Shown here: positions 20,117 through 32,146 of the stretch, piece after piece | How positions within the stretch are numbered: position 1 is the first letter of the stretch | How the letters are laid out: every line of letters begins with the position of its first letter | Source of the DNA: an uncultured Chloroflexia bacterium | GTDB taxonomy: Bacteria; Chloroflexota; Chloroflexia; QHBQ01; JADMIH01 | Assembly: GCA_963797095.1 (NCBI GenBank) | Contig: CAWCNY010000001.1 | Coordinates: 1-64,000, forward strand | DNA: 64,000 nt | Direction of reading: 5' to 3' | The notes under the pieces: model-generated | Told to the model about the DNA's origin: nothing | What the model saw: only the letters and a program-made list of their open reading frames with translations | Databases searched by the model: none | Made by a program: the position numbers and the translations under genes

Positions 20117-20154
20117 CAACGATACAGAAGCCTTCCGAGGCTCAGGGAGTACGT

Positions 20155-22089
20155 ATGGAAATAAGTAGCACAATACTCGAAACGCTTGAGCGGGGCATCG
20201 ACAACTCGGATCGAGACGAAACCTCGCCCGCGTTTCCTGCTGCACAGTCCGAGATGACCACGGGCCGCGCCATCTGGACCCTTGCGCGCTACCGCCCGTG
20301 GCTCTACCTGTTCAACTTCGGGTTGTGGGCTGCCTTCTACCAGTTGCCCCTCGCGGGCGGCCTGCTGGTGGGGATGTTCTTCGATGCCCTATCGGGGCAG
20401 GCCGGGGCCGGGCTGAACGCCTGGACCCTGATCGCCCTCATCGCCGGGGCGCAACTGGCGCGGGTCGGGGTGCTTTATGTGGCCCTCGTCTCGTGGTCCG
20501 ACTTCTGGTTCACCATCGAGGCGTTGCTGCGCCGCAACATGTTCGGCTGGCTCGTCAGTGGTCCCGGCTCGCGCAGGCTGCCCGGCTCCACCGGCGAGGC
20601 CGTCAGCACCTTCCGCGACGACGTAGAAGCCGCCATCGAGTTCATGGACGGCTGGCTCGACCTGTTTGGTGAGGCTGTCTTCACGGTGATAGCGTTGATC
20701 ATCATGTTGAGCATCAACCCAGTGATCACCCTGGTGGCCGCCGCGCCCCTCGTAATCGTGGTGCTCTCGGCCAATATGCTCACCGGTAAGCTAAAGTACT
20801 ATCGCAAGCTGAACAGGGATGCCACCTCGCGCGTGACCGGATTCGTGGGCGAGCTTTTCGGTGGGGTGCAGGCCGTGAAGGTGGCTTCCGCCGAGAATCA
20901 CACCATCGGCCACTTCGCCAAGCTGAACGATACACGGCGCAAAGCAGCCCTCATGGACACTCTGCTGACCAACCTGCTCGACTCACTTAACATGAACACC
21001 GTGAGCCTTGCCACCGGCCTGATCCTGCTCCTTGCCGCCGATGGCCTCCGCAGCGGCAGTTTCACCGTGGGCGACTTCGCGCTCTTCGTCTCCTACATGG
21101 GCGGGGTGACCGCTGCCCCACGCTGGATAGGGCGGCAAATGGCCCGCTTCAAGCAGGTCAGCGTGTCGGTAAGCCGCATGCAGGCGATGGTCGCCGACGC
21201 GCCGGTGGGCACGCTTGTGGCTCACGAGCCTGTCTATCTGCATGGCGACCTACCTCCCGTCCCTCAAGCTACCAGCACCGATGCGGACAAACTGGACACT
21301 CTGGAGGTGCAGGATCTGACCTACAGATACCCGTCGTCCACCAAAGGCATATCGCGCGTAAGCTTTACCGTGAAACAGGGGTCTTTTGCAGTGGTTACCG
21401 GTCGGGTAGGATCGGGTAAGAGCACCCTGCTTCAGGTGCTGCTGGGCCTGCTGCCCAGCGATAGCGGCGCTATCAGGTGGAACGGGCAGGAGATCGAAGA
21501 CCCTGCTACCTGGTTCGTGCCCCCGCACTCCGCCTACACGCCGCAGGTGCCGCGCCTCTTTAGCGCCACTTTGCGAGAGAACATCTTGATGGGCATAGCA
21601 GACGGAACGGGTGAAGAAGGCGACGCCAAACTACGGAACGCCATCCTCCTGGCGGTAATGGGAGGCGACATCGCAGGGATGGACGACGGCCTGGATACCC
21701 TGGTCGGCCCGAAGGGCGTGCGCCTGTCGGGCGGCCAGATCCAGCGGGCCGCCGCTGCCCGCATGTTCGTGCGCGAGCCCGAACTGCTGCTGTTCGATGA
21801 CCTCTCAAGCGCCCTCGACGTAGAAACTGAGGGGCTGCTGTGGGAAAGGCTCTTCCACATGCGAGACATGGATGCCTCTGAACTGCCCGCCAACCCTCGA
21901 TCAAATACCACCTGCCTTGTGGTGTCACACAGGCGGGCTGCTTTGCGTCGCGCCGATAACATAATCGTCCTCAAAAATGGGAGAGTGGAAGCGCAGGGCA
22001 CCCTCGACGAATTGCTCACGACCTCTGAGGAGATGAAAAGATTGTGGGCGGGAGAGAGTGACTACACTACGTCGGCTGACGCCGAGTAG
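20155..22089 (+). CDS. ABC exporter half-transporter, subunit 2; last codons supplied by an IS end
   Basis: [13 protein letters not shown], degenerate Walker B FDDLSS typical of heterodimers. Confidence 0.9.
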   Translation: MEISSTILETLERGIDNSDRDETSPAFPAAQSEMTTGRAIWTLARYRPWLYLFNFGLWAAFYQLPLAGGLLVGMFFDALSGQAGAGLNAWTLIALIAGAQLARVGVLYVALVSWSDFWFTIEALLRRNMFGWLVSGPGSRRLPGSTGEAVSTFRDDVEAAIEFMDGWLDLFGEAVFTVIALIIMLSINPVITLVAAAPLVIVVLSANMLTGKLKYYRKLNRDATSRVTGFVGELFGGVQAVKVASAENHTIGHFAKLNDTRRKAALMDTLLTNLLDSLNMNTVSLATGLILLLAADGLRSGSFTVGDFALFVSYMGGVTAAPRWIGRQMARFKQVSVSVSRMQAMVADAPVGTLVAHEPVYLHGDLPPVPQATSTDADKLDTLEVQDLTYRYPSSTKGISRVSFTVKQGSFAVVTGRVGSGKSTLLQVLLGLLPSDSGAIRWNGQEIEDPATWFVPPHSAYTPQVPRLFSATLRENILMGIADGTGEEGDAKLRNAILLAVMGGDIAGMDDGLDTLVGPKGVRLSGGQIQRAAAARMFVREPELLLFDDLSSALDVETEGLLWERLFHMRDMDASELPANPRSNTTCLVVSHRRAALRRADNIIVLKNGRVEAQGTLDELLTTSEEMKRLWAGESDYTTSADAE

Positions 22090-23363
22090 CTTCTACGGAT
22101 TGGATACCGATGCTAGATAGTCCTCCAGCAAGAATTACTAGGGCGGCAGCAATATCACGATGACACTCCATCCCACATTCGCATTTGTGCCAACGTTCCG
22201 AAAGCTCCTTCTTTCGGACCCTACCGCACCCTGGGCATGTCTGAGAGGTCATGCGAGGGTCTACTTCCACCAACTGAGCACCGGCACTTTCAGCCTTGTA
22301 CCTCAGCATATTCCTCAGCATACTCCTCAGCATACTCCTCAGCATATTGATGAATGTGGACCAACCCGCATCGTTCACAGATTTGGCAAGCATACCTCCT
22401 GCCAGTCCCTTGATACTCAACTTCTCGACAGCAATCACAGAATAGCTCTGTACCAATCGTGCAGACAGCTTGTGCACAAAGTCAGATCCTTGGTTACGCA
22501 CCTTGCGATGGACGGTGGTTACCCGCTTCTTATACTCTCCCCGCTTAGGGTGGCCTCGGTGCGCCTTGGCAAATTGGCGCTGGGCTTTGGCGAGACGCTT
22601 CTGAGTGCAGCGTGCGTAGCGGGGGTTATCTACTGGCTCACCATTGGACAGATTAGCGAAATGCTCAAGCCCAACGTCGATACCCACTGCTTCGCCCTGT
22701 GGGCGGAGTGGGCAGAGTGGGCAGAGTGGGTCAAACTCATACTCAACAGAAAAACAACCGTACCAGTGCTCACCGTCCCGCCCGTCTCGTCTGATGGTGA
22801 CGGTCTTAACCTTCCCGCACACAGGGCGATGCAGCTTGAGCTTGAGTACCGCAATCTTGTCTTGGAGAGTGTCAACCGCTCGTTATGCGTCGTCCATCCC
22901 AATTGGGGTAAGTGAAACTGTCGTACCAACCCGCTCCCTTGAAACGAGGATAACCACCTCGGTGGAAGAAGGCCTTGAACGCTTTGTCTACCCTGTGCAG
23001 AACATCCTGCAAAGTCTGGCTGTACACGTCGGTGAGGTCAGGGCGTACCTGTTTACACTCCACCAACTCAGCGCACTGGTGGGCAAAGCCGAAGCTCTTA
23101 CCAGCCATACGGTAGGCATCCCTACGATGCTGGAGGGCCGCGTTATACAATTCGCGGCACAGGTCGAGGTTATGTTGCAACAACCGAGCCTGCCGGGAGG
23201 TGGGGCGAAGGCGGTATTTAGTATTTATATGTGCGTCTGGCACTCATTGCACTCATTGCACTCATTGCACTCATTACTCATTACTCATTACTTATTACGC
23301 TGGAGAGTGTAGTCCGGCAGGCGTCCATTATAGCACATATGTGCTGTTATGCTGTCCGGACTA
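22058..23363 (-). mobile_element. IS200/IS605-family (IS1341-type, tnpB-only) element, decayed
   Basis: Right end hairpin followed by GTAGTCAC ending at 22058; left hairpin TAGTCCGG...CCGGACTA; left boundary approximate. Confidence 0.75.
22067..23243 (-). pseudogene. tnpB: TnpB RNA-guided nuclease, frameshifted
   Basis: KYRLRPT..CRELYNAAL, YPRFK, RuvC GIDVGL / IAVEKL / HRDIAAA, CPGC..CECG zinc finger; split across frames near 22850-22910. Confidence 0.88.
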
Positions 23364-23690
23364 GAGATAGTACACACTGTGCAAACGCGAATATGAGCAA
23401 CCACACACTTGACCACCTTATTCGCGCCTGACCACAGCCCATGAATGGGCATGGCTTTAGCCATTCTATTGTAAGACAATAGGTGGCAAGTCCACAAAAC
23501 GAAGGACTTTCGCGGTCTTACTCTATGTGCTATATGTTATGATGTAAACTTGCAGGCATAGCGCTTGCCGCCTGCCTGCAAGTTTGTACCTGCCGATCAT
23601 CACTCGCAGTTGGATAATTTGGTCTCTTTTATCGAACCGATATGCTTCGTATAGCAAGTGTAGCGATCACGCGCGGAAGGCAAGACAGAC

Positions 23691-25631
23691 ATGCAAAAGA
23701 CTAAAGCTACCGCCATCGTTATTGCCAGGTCCTCGGTCACACACCGCGCCAGGAGCAAAGTTCTCTTGTCCGCGCTAATGGCAGGCGCAGCCATCTTGTT
23801 GGTTGCGTCGGCCCTGTTCACCTCGCCTACATTTGCCACCAAAGCTCCTGCCACCCCCCAGGCTGGAATGGCTCCTGAGTGCGGCCCCAACTGGACTGCC
23901 GTTTCCAGCCCCAACCCCGGCTCTGCTGACCACATCCTCACAAGCATCACGGCCGCGTCACTGGACGACGTGTGGGCCGTCGGCCACTACAAAGTAGGCA
24001 CCCTCAATCAAACCCTCATCATTCACTGGAACGGCAGCAACTGGTCTGTTGTTCCTAGCCCCAACCAGAGCAGCGTCAACAACTACCTCTATGGCGTAAC
24101 GGCCATAGCCGAAGATGATATATGGGCAGTCGGCTATTACAACGACTACGACAACTCCCAAACCCTCATCCTCCACTGGGATGGCATAAGCTGGACACAG
24201 ATCGCAAGCCCCAGTCCGGGCTATGGCTATAACTATCTCTATGGCGTCACCTCCATCTCCTCCAACGATGTATGGGCGGTTGGCGCCTATCTCGGCGACG
24301 ATGGCGATGTCACTCTCACCATGCATTGGGATGGCTCAAGCTGGACTGTTGTGCCAAGCCCCTTCCCCGGCGTCGCCGAGAACTATCTCTACGGCGTCGA
24401 TGCTATCTCCTCCACCGATGTGTGGGCAGTCGGCTACTACTACGATGGTGCCGGCGATGCCCGCCGTACACTCACCATGCACTGGGACGGCTTTAGCTGG
24501 ACTGCTGTCCCCGCCCTCGACCCTGGAAGCTACTCCAACTACCTCAGAAGTGTGGCGATCACGGCCCCTGCCGATGCATGGGCCGTCGGTAACTACAATG
24601 ACGGTCTGGCCGATCATACTCTTCTTCTCCGCTGGAATGGCTCGAGTTGGAGCTCCACGCCCGGCCCCGACCCCAGCGTTACGGCCAACTATCTTAACGC
24701 CATCGCAGCCGTATCCTCCAGCGATATCTGGGCCGTAGGTTACTACGCCGACAGTGGCACTCCCCGCACCCTCATAATCCACTGGAATGGGAGCGCGTGG
24801 AGCGCCGTGCCCAGTGTCGACGTCAGCGACAGCGATAACTATCTCTATGGACTAACCAGCCCATCTTCCGGCGACGTGTGGGCTACGGGCTATTACATCG
24901 GCACCACCGCATCGTCCCAGACCCTGATAGAACGCTACAACCCTTGCGCGCCCACGGCTACGCCCACACCCTTCCCCACGACCACGCCCACCCCCGTCCC
25001 TGTCTGTTCCGTCAGCTTCTCCGACGTGCCCGAAGGTTCCACCTTCTACTCCTATATCAGATGCCTTGCTTGCAACGATATCGTCTCCGGCTATTCTGAT
25101 GGCACGTTCCGCCCCAATAACAACGTTACCAGGGGCCAGATAGCCAAGATAGTATCTAACGCCGCAGGCTACAACGAAGCCCACCCCGAACAGACCTTCC
25201 AGGATGTGCCTTCCGGCTCAACCTTCTACGACTTCGTTGAGAGACTTGCCAGCCGCGCCATAATCGGCGGCTATCAGTGCGGTGGACCGGGAGAACCATG
25301 CGTCGGACCCGACAATAAGCCCTACTTCCGGCCTGGAAGCAACACCACCAGGGGCCAGCTATCGAAGATAGTGTGCCTGGCATACGGGTGTGGAGATACC
25401 ATAACCGGGCAGAGCTTCCAGGACGTGCCCCCGACACACACCTTCTACGAGTACGTAGAGGCACTGTACGGCCTTGGCGCGATCAACGGCTACGCATGTG
25501 GCGGTCCCGGCGAACCATGTGTATCACCGGACAACAGGCCATACTTCAGGCCGGGTGCGCTGGTAACCAGGGGGCAGACCTCTAAGATAGTCTCTACTGT
25601 GTTCTTCCCTGGTTGCGCTACCTCCCGCTGA
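23691..25631 (+). CDS. Secreted beta-propeller-repeat protein with three SLH-like repeats
   Basis: About 7 repeats of NYLYGVTA..DVWAVGYY..TLxxHWDGxSW; SLH FxDVP..GYxCGGPGEPC..TRGQ. Confidence 0.85.
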   Translation: MQKTKATAIVIARSSVTHRARSKVLLSALMAGAAILLVASALFTSPTFATKAPATPQAGMAPECGPNWTAVSSPNPGSADHILTSITAASLDDVWAVGHYKVGTLNQTLIIHWNGSNWSVVPSPNQSSVNNYLYGVTAIAEDDIWAVGYYNDYDNSQTLILHWDGISWTQIASPSPGYGYNYLYGVTSISSNDVWAVGAYLGDDGDVTLTMHWDGSSWTVVPSPFPGVAENYLYGVDAISSTDVWAVGYYYDGAGDARRTLTMHWDGFSWTAVPALDPGSYSNYLRSVAITAPADAWAVGNYNDGLADHTLLLRWNGSSWSSTPGPDPSVTANYLNAIAAVSSSDIWAVGYYADSGTPRTLIIHWNGSAWSAVPSVDVSDSDNYLYGLTSPSSGDVWATGYYIGTTASSQTLIERYNPCAPTATPTPFPTTTPTPVPVCSVSFSDVPEGSTFYSYIRCLACNDIVSGYSDGTFRPNNNVTRGQIAKIVSNAAGYNEAHPEQTFQDVPSGSTFYDFVERLASRAIIGGYQCGGPGEPCVGPDNKPYFRPGSNTTRGQLSKIVCLAYGCGDTITGQSFQDVPPTHTFYEYVEALYGLGAINGYACGGPGEPCVSPDNRPYFRPGALVTRGQTSKIVSTVFFPGCATSR

Positions 25632-25664
25632 GGAGGCATCTATCTCCAACGTCGACAAACCTCT

Positions 25665-25743
25665 GTAGGGGCACTCTGTATGGGTGCCCTGGTGGGGAGA
25701 GATCGTGGCAGGCGTACAGGGCGCCCACCAAGGATGCCCCTAC
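25665..25743. repeat. REP/REPIN-like inverted pair
   Basis: GTAGGGGCAC..GGGTGCCC ... GGGCGCCC..GCCCCTAC with GTAG/CTAC ends, intergenic. Confidence 0.7.
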
Positions 25744-25850
25744 GACGCTGTCCCACCTCAAATCTGAATGCTCACCCGACGAAAGGCAATTGACGGCCCT
25801 AGTCCAGTATGGTAGTGTGTAACCAGCCTTATGATCGGGGAGCGTTCTCT

Positions 25851-28091
25851 ATGCACGTCTATCGTCGTTTGTTGCTGGCCTTCGGATGCCTTATTGTGGG
25901 CACTCTTGGCCTGCTTGTGATGGTTGCCTTTGCCCGAACCACCGAGGCATCCGCGCCCTCGGCCAGTCTGCCCCGTGCGGCAGCCACCTGCGTGCCCTAC
26001 TGGTCAGCCGTTGCCACTCAGAACGTAGATACCAACGACAACGTGCTCGCGGGAGTGGCGGTGAACTACCCTACCGACGTGTGGGCGGTCGGATACTACA
26101 CCGACACCGGTGGGGTTGGGCAGGCGATGATCCAGCATTACGACGGCAGCACCTGGTCCCTGGTAGCCATCCCTCACCCCGGCACAGGCGGGAACTACCT
26201 AGAAGCGATAACCGCACGCGCCGCCAACGATATGTGGGCAGTAGGGTTCTATCGAGCAACCGCCGGCAGCGTGCCGCAGACTTTAGTGCTCCATTCTAGC
26301 GGTGGCGCATGGACCCAGATGACGAGTGCAAGCCCAGGAGCCGCCGAGAACTACCTGTACGGAGTGGCGGCGGTATCGGACAGCGATGCCTGGGCTGTCG
26401 GTTATTACGCGAATACCGCGGGCTTATACCGCACCCTCACGCTTAGATGGAACGGTGGCGGTTGGAACACCGTTTCAAGCCCAAGTCCTACGCTCGGTGG
26501 GGCCGGGCTGCGCGGTGTGGTGGCTGTATCGGCCAGCGAGGTCTGGGCTGTAGGCATTCAAGTTGACATAACCCTAACCTACAGGATGTACGCGCTGAAA
26601 TGGGACGGCGCATCGTGGAGCACAACCACCACGCCCAACACGGCGGGGTGCATACTGGTGGCGGTGGCGATTGCCACCCCCGGCAACTTGTGGGCGGTTG
26701 GCGGCTGCCAGAACCCTTCATTCCAGACCGCAATAATCAAGTGGAATGGCTCTGCCTGGTCCACCGTGGCATCGCCCAACCCTGGCACCGGAGATAATCT
26801 CCTGGGTGGGGTTATATCGTCCTCTACCGGGGCCGAAGCCTACGCCGTCGGCGGCTACAACGACACGGGCGGCCCCACCCAGGCCCTCACTCTCTACTGG
26901 AACGGTTCCGCCTGGACACCTATACCCGCCGATAACCCCGGTTCGACCGGAAATGCCCTGCTGGCTATATCGAGCAGCCCTACTATCGCGGATACGCTCT
27001 GGGCGGTGGGATCACAGGATAGCGGTGGGCCTTCCCAAACGCTTGCCGAACAATTCGGCTACCTGTGCGAGACGGCCACCCCCACGCCTGTCGAGGGCAC
27101 ACCATCCCCCACCTCTACCTCAATCCCCACCGCAACCAATACATCCACGCCAACGGCTGCGGCCTCCACATCTACACCAACCGCCGCCTCGACCACAGCC
27201 ACAGCTACGTCCACACCGATATCCACCGCTACATTCACAGACACCCCAACGGCAGAGCCGACTTCCTCATCTACACCTATGCCAACCGCCACCCAGGTTA
27301 CAGGTACCACACCAACATCAACCCCGCCTATTTCGACTAACACGCCGACGAATACCCCGGCTCAGCCAACGGCTACGGCCACGGCCACAATAGCCGCAAC
27401 TGCCACGCCGACCGCTTGTACTTTGCAGTTTGCCGATGTGCTGCCGGACAACACGTTCTATGCGTTCGTCGAATGTCTTGCCTGCAAAGGCATTATCAAC
27501 GGCTACGCCTGCGGAGGGCCGGGAGAGCCGTGCAACGGGAGCAACGACCCCTATTTCAGGCCGGGCAACAATGTGACGCGAGGCCAGATCGCAAAGATCG
27601 TGTCGAACGCGGCGGGCTTCAACGACACGGTCACGGGCCAGACATTCGAAGATGTAGCGCCAGGTAGCACCTTCTACGATTTCGTGGAAAGGTTAGTGAG
27701 TAGAGATATAATGTCGGGCTATGCCTGCGGCGGCTTCGGAGAGCCATGCATTGGGCCAAACAATCGCCCTTATTTCAGGCCGAACAGCAACGCCACCCGT
27801 GGGCAATTAGCCAAGATCGTGTCGAACGCCGCGAACTTCAACGACACGGTTACAGGCCAGACTTTCGAAGATGTAGCGCCAGGTAGTACCTTCTATAACT
27901 TCATTGAGAGGTTGGTATCACGAGGTGTAATGAGCGGGTATGCCTGCGGCGGCCCCGGTGAGCCATGCGTCTCACCAAACAACAGACCCTATTTTCGGCC
28001 CGGCAATCTGGTGACCAGGGGGCAAACCTCAAAGATCGTTGGCAATACCTTCTTCCCGTCATGCGAGCCAGCTCAGCTAAATCCACAATAG
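25851..28091 (+). CDS. Paralogous secreted beta-propeller protein with Thr/Pro linker and SLH repeats
   Basis: Same WAVG/WNG repeats and SLH repeats as the upstream gene. Confidence 0.85.
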   Translation: MHVYRRLLLAFGCLIVGTLGLLVMVAFARTTEASAPSASLPRAAATCVPYWSAVATQNVDTNDNVLAGVAVNYPTDVWAVGYYTDTGGVGQAMIQHYDGSTWSLVAIPHPGTGGNYLEAITARAANDMWAVGFYRATAGSVPQTLVLHSSGGAWTQMTSASPGAAENYLYGVAAVSDSDAWAVGYYANTAGLYRTLTLRWNGGGWNTVSSPSPTLGGAGLRGVVAVSASEVWAVGIQVDITLTYRMYALKWDGASWSTTTTPNTAGCILVAVAIATPGNLWAVGGCQNPSFQTAIIKWNGSAWSTVASPNPGTGDNLLGGVISSSTGAEAYAVGGYNDTGGPTQALTLYWNGSAWTPIPADNPGSTGNALLAISSSPTIADTLWAVGSQDSGGPSQTLAEQFGYLCETATPTPVEGTPSPTSTSIPTATNTSTPTAAASTSTPTAASTTATATSTPISTATFTDTPTAEPTSSSTPMPTATQVTGTTPTSTPPISTNTPTNTPAQPTATATATIAATATPTACTLQFADVLPDNTFYAFVECLACKGIINGYACGGPGEPCNGSNDPYFRPGNNVTRGQIAKIVSNAAGFNDTVTGQTFEDVAPGSTFYDFVERLVSRDIMSGYACGGFGEPCIGPNNRPYFRPNSNATRGQLAKIVSNAANFNDTVTGQTFEDVAPGSTFYNFIERLVSRGVMSGYACGGPGEPCVSPNNRPYFRPGNLVTRGQTSKIVGNTFFPSCEPAQLNPQ

Positions 28092-28113
28092 ATGGTGTAT
28101 CTGCCTGCTGGGA

Positions 28114-28311
28114 TTACCCCGATTTAGATGACTCGCGGTTTGATTCGAAATGGATGTTCTCGAATGTTTCCGGGCTAGCGTAACCGAGAGCTGAGTGCCG
28201 GCGCTGGCGGTTGTACCACACCTCGATGTATTCGAAGATCGACTGACGAGCTTCGGCTCGTGAGGGGTAGACACCGGTGGCGCATTCAGCCTTGAGCGTG
28301 GACCAAAAGCT
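28114..28311 (-). pseudogene. IS3 orfB C-terminal exon
   Basis: SFWSTLKAEC..IFEYIEVWYNRQRRHSALGYASP. Confidence 0.88.
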
Positions 28312-28316
28312 GGTGG

Positions 28317-29600
28317 CTAAGGTTCTACGGTCGCCCGCAGAACCTCGCCTTCAAATCCGGACGTGAGGGTTTCCCGCTCATCCGGCTCCTTAGCTATACG
28401 GTCCTTGTCCTGGATACCTCGTACGGTAGACTTATCGCCTGCCGTTTTTACGTCGTGACAATGCCGATGGAGTAGTTGCCAGTTCGCGTATGTTTCTCGT
28501 CCTCCCCGACTTTGCGGTGTTATGTGGTCCACTTCGCGTAGCTCTTCTCCACCTCTGAAGTACAACTTGCACCAGGCGCATTGGCCGGCCTGCCGTTTGA
28601 GCAGTACTGCTGCTCTCGTTGTCAGACCCGGATAGCGCCCTAGCCTGCTTGCCCAGTATGCCCAGTCGCCGTTGTATGGGCTTTGTCGTCCCTCGACTTT
28701 GACATGCCGTCTGATTGCGGTACTTGCGTGCCTTATCAGCGCAGGTCCATTGTCGGAAACGAATAGCCAGCGCATCTCGCCAGGACGCTTGCGGCCTTCA
28801 ATGTTGAAATACTTGCGTACTACCCACCGATTGCCTTTACGTGGGTGGCGATATTGCGCCCAGCGCATCAGCTTGCGCCAGACCAGGTGGTCTAGCCTGC
28901 TGTATGCTCTCGACGCTACAACTGTGCGATAATACCCACTCCAACCCCTGATTTTCGGGTTCAGTGTTGCTATCACGGTGTCTTGTGACGCCCCTCTTAG
29001 CTGGGTAATTACCTCACCTAGCGCTGCATAATGCCGCTGCAACGCACTTTTGCTGGGTTTGATGATGGTCTTGAAGTCTACCCATTCCTTAGTTCGTCCT
29101 CCTGTTTTCACAAAGTGCGTTTTACCTACCTGGTAATGCCGCACATTGAAGCCCAGAAAGTCGAACCCCGCTTCGCCCGCTTCGCCCGCTTCACCTTCAA
29201 CTGCTTGCAGTGTGTGGGTTATGCGAGTTTTGCTTGGCTTCAACTCCAGACCCATGTGTTTCAGCCATTCCGCTACCACTTCCTTGCTCCGCTGGATTAC
29301 TGCCCGGTCACGATGCAGGATGACCAGATCGTCGGCATAGCCAATGATCTGGGGTTTCCAGTTCTGTATCCTGTGGCCATCGACTATGTGATTGGCAGGG
29401 AAGGCATCACGCACGGCTGTTTCCAGTCCATGCAGCGCCACATTGGCCAGCAGAGGAGAGATTACACCCCCTTGCTGGGTGCCTTCTTCCGTCGGGAACA
29501 GTTCGTCTCCATCCATCACCCCTGCTCTTAGCCAGCCTTTGATGACCCGCCTCAGCATTGGGGTAGTGTCCAGTTTCTCAAGCAGTGCCGCCTGGTCGAT
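28317..29600 (-). CDS. ltrA: Intron A RT/maturase/HNH, C-terminal exon
   Basis: GTQQGGVISPLLAN, GYADD, GFDFLGF, LNPKIRGW, C-terminal CAWC..EVDHI..LLHRHCH. Confidence 0.9.
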   Translation of the reverse strand: MDQAALLEKLDTTPMLRRVIKGWLRAGVMDGDELFPTEEGTQQGGVISPLLANVALHGLETAVRDAFPANHIVDGHRIQNWKPQIIGYADDLVILHRDRAVIQRSKEVVAEWLKHMGLELKPSKTRITHTLQAVEGEAGEAGEAGFDFLGFNVRHYQVGKTHFVKTGGRTKEWVDFKTIIKPSKSALQRHYAALGEVITQLRGASQDTVIATLNPKIRGWSGYYRTVVASRAYSRLDHLVWRKLMRWAQYRHPRKGNRWVVRKYFNIEGRKRPGEMRWLFVSDNGPALIRHASTAIRRHVKVEGRQSPYNGDWAYWASRLGRYPGLTTRAAVLLKRQAGQCAWCKLYFRGGEELREVDHITPQSRGGRETYANWQLLHRHCHDVKTAGDKSTVRGIQDKDRIAKEPDERETLTSGFEGEVLRATVEP

Positions 29601-32146
29601 GTGGAGTCAAGGTGGGACGCCTTGCTGCCTTGCGGCTGGTAGGTTTTCCCACCGTGCTCCCCAAACCGGACAGACCGCTTTCGCAGTATCCGGCTCTCAC
29701 TGTCATCCTGTGCTTTGTTGCTGCTTTTGCTGCTTTTGCTGCTGTGTCCGCCGCACGTGACAGGCATGGCATAACCCTGTTTTCTGGAGTGCGTAGCCTG
29801 CTGCCGTCCGGTCGTTTTTCTTCGCCAATCCGCTCCGATGATGTACTTCTGCTACTTCTGCTCCACATTCCGCACATTTGTAGTTCTGCATGGCTTTGGT
29901 TTCCTCGCGTTGCCAGGGGCTGCGCCCTATTGCTGCCGAGTACACCGCCCACGGGTTTTCCTGTCGATCTACGTCCGTCGCGGGTTTGCGCACTTCATAT
30001 AGCGACTTTCGGCCAATGGACCGTACTAGCCATACTTGTTTGCCTGTCTGCGGCGATTTGTAGACGATGCTCCGTCTGCCGTTGACCATGCCGTAGTATT
30101 TGCGCATCACCTTCTTGGCCCCACTTTGCTTGTGCCGTTTGTTCAGATAGCGCACCAGGCACCAGAAGGCATGGTGCAATACTCTGGCGAACACTCGATG
30201 CGGGTTTGTTGCATAACAGTAGTAGTTCATCCAACCTCTCAGGACGGAGTTCAACCCTTGATCATGTCGCCCGGCTCGATGCTGGTTTGGCGGGTCAGCT
30301 TAGCCACTTTGTGCCGCACTGCCATTTCTTTGTCGTGAGGTATGAGTAAACGAGGGGCTTTGTTCACGCCATTTAGGCGTGATTTGTCCCCACGTATATC
30401 AAACCCCAGAAATCTCACCCGGTCCGTCCAGTGCGTTACCAACGTCTTTTCCGGGCTCAGTGTCAGCTTCAGGTGGGTCTTTAGCCACTCTGCCAGTCGT
30501 TGCTTGACGGCATTTGCTTCGTCCTTTGAGTATCCATACAGTAGCAGCGCCCAATCGTCGGCGTATCGAACGTAACCTAAGTGTCGTACGGGTAGCCTAT
30601 GTGGTAGGCGCTGTCGTTGCTCTTTCAACTGGGCGATTTCGCTGAGCAGTTGGGCATGTTTTTGCGGGTCCGTTTCCCGTTGCAGCCGGTGCGAGCGGCG
30701 ATTGACCTTGAGATTGATACGGTTGTAGGCAGGGTTAGTGCCTTCGTGACCGCGTTCTAAGGGTTGGTTTGCCCCAAGCTCATCTTCGATGTACTGGTCA
30801 AATTCATGCAAAATTACGTTGGACAGTAACGGCGAGAGTGTTCCACCCTGGGGTGTACCACTCCAGGTCGCATGCCATTGCCAGTCTTGGAGATAGCCAG
30901 CCTTGAGGAATTTGTGGATCAACTCGATCAGTCGTTCGTCGGCGATTTTCTTGCGCAGGAGCCTAAGCAGCACCTCATGATCGATTCGGTCGAAGAAACT
31001 TTCTAAGTCTCCCTCAATCGTCCATGTAGGTGTACGCTTTAGCAGATATGCTCGTAGGGCTGTATGACAGCTCCGTTGGGGCCGAAAACCGTGCGCACAG
31101 GAGCGAAACATCGGTTCGTAGATTGGTTCCAATACGAGCTTGATGGCGCTCTGGACCACTTTGTCTTCAGCGGACGGGATACCTAACGGGCGAAACTTTC
31201 CGTTGCGCTTGGGAATGAAAACTCGTCGTACAGCAGTAGGTTGATAGGAGCCGTCGCGTAGTTTTGCTGCCAGCTTGTCCAGGTGGGCAGTGTCCAGGTC
31301 CTTGCCTTTGACACCATCTGGCCCAGGGGTGTTGAAGCCCTTGTTGGTCCTTATGGCGTCGAGGGCGAAGCCTAGCCAGGCCCGGTTGCTAACCAGTCGA
31401 TAGAGTGTATCGAAGCGTTTCTGCGAATTGGCCTTGGCGTTGGCCGCAGCCAATTTAGCCAGGTGTGCTTGTTCCAAACAGACGTTGTTCATGGGTCTAG
31501 TTCCCTCCATCGCTTGAAACATTCACGTCAACACTACCGCCCTTCCCCATGCACGCGGCTTTCCCGCGCTCGGAGTACTATGGCGGCTCCGCGCCAGGAG
31601 TAAGCTTCGGCTCTCTCACAACCTATCCTTCTCCTTTCGGAGTGGGAACGCTTGCACCTGGTTCCCCGGTAGCACCATATGACTTTGCCCACTGGCCGTA
31701 GGTGGGACAACCGCATACGCGACCTATGTCGCGCTGAAACCCATCCTGCTTCGGTGGTAGAGCCATTGCAGTCCTCCGTTCCGCTCCGTGTGGGGGAGAG
31801 GCCGCATACGACAAACATGTATACAACCGTAGGGTTTCACCAGCCCGTCAATCGCTCTGAACTGGTTATGCTATGTTAGCGGCTATATCCTTTGCAAATT
31901 CGACCTGCTCACCATAGTCAGCTATCCGTGCAGCAATCTCCTGTTGGTACAGCGATTTCCCGCAAGACCGCCGCATGTCCCCCTCCGGGCTAACCACTAT
32001 TGCACCGGGCTTATTGTGCTTCGTCATTCGTCACCGGCACCCCCTACTGAGTGAAGTCAGCAGGGCGGGAGGGGTTAGGAACAGATATCTCTACCGTATC
32101 TGTGGGCTGTTCACAGCCCAGTCATATGGCACCCTAACGGGCGCCC
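29601..32146 (-). mobile_element. Group II intron B (IIA / Ll.LtrB-like), inserted in the RT gene of intron A
   Basis: 5' GGGCGCCCG at 32146; DV GAGCCGGATACTGCGAAAGCGGTCTGTCCGG; ends ..TTGACTCCAC; removal restores TTC GAT AGA|ATC GAC CAG. Confidence 0.9.
29703..31492 (-). pseudogene. ltrA: Intron B RT/maturase/HNH with one frameshift near 30252
   Basis: TPGPDG, RPLGIP, GFRPQRSCHTA, SGTPQGG, RYADD, FLGF; second frame LNSVLRGWMNYY..CAEC..EVHH..CHACH. Confidence 0.88.

Noticed and set aside
22067-23243. Cas12-like effector
   Set aside because: Size and motifs fit TnpB with IS605 ends; no array; gene is frameshifted
30245-30260. Programmed frameshift in the intron B RT
   Set aside because: No clear slippery heptamer; one missing G in a short run is better explained by mutation or sequencing error, as also near 51637
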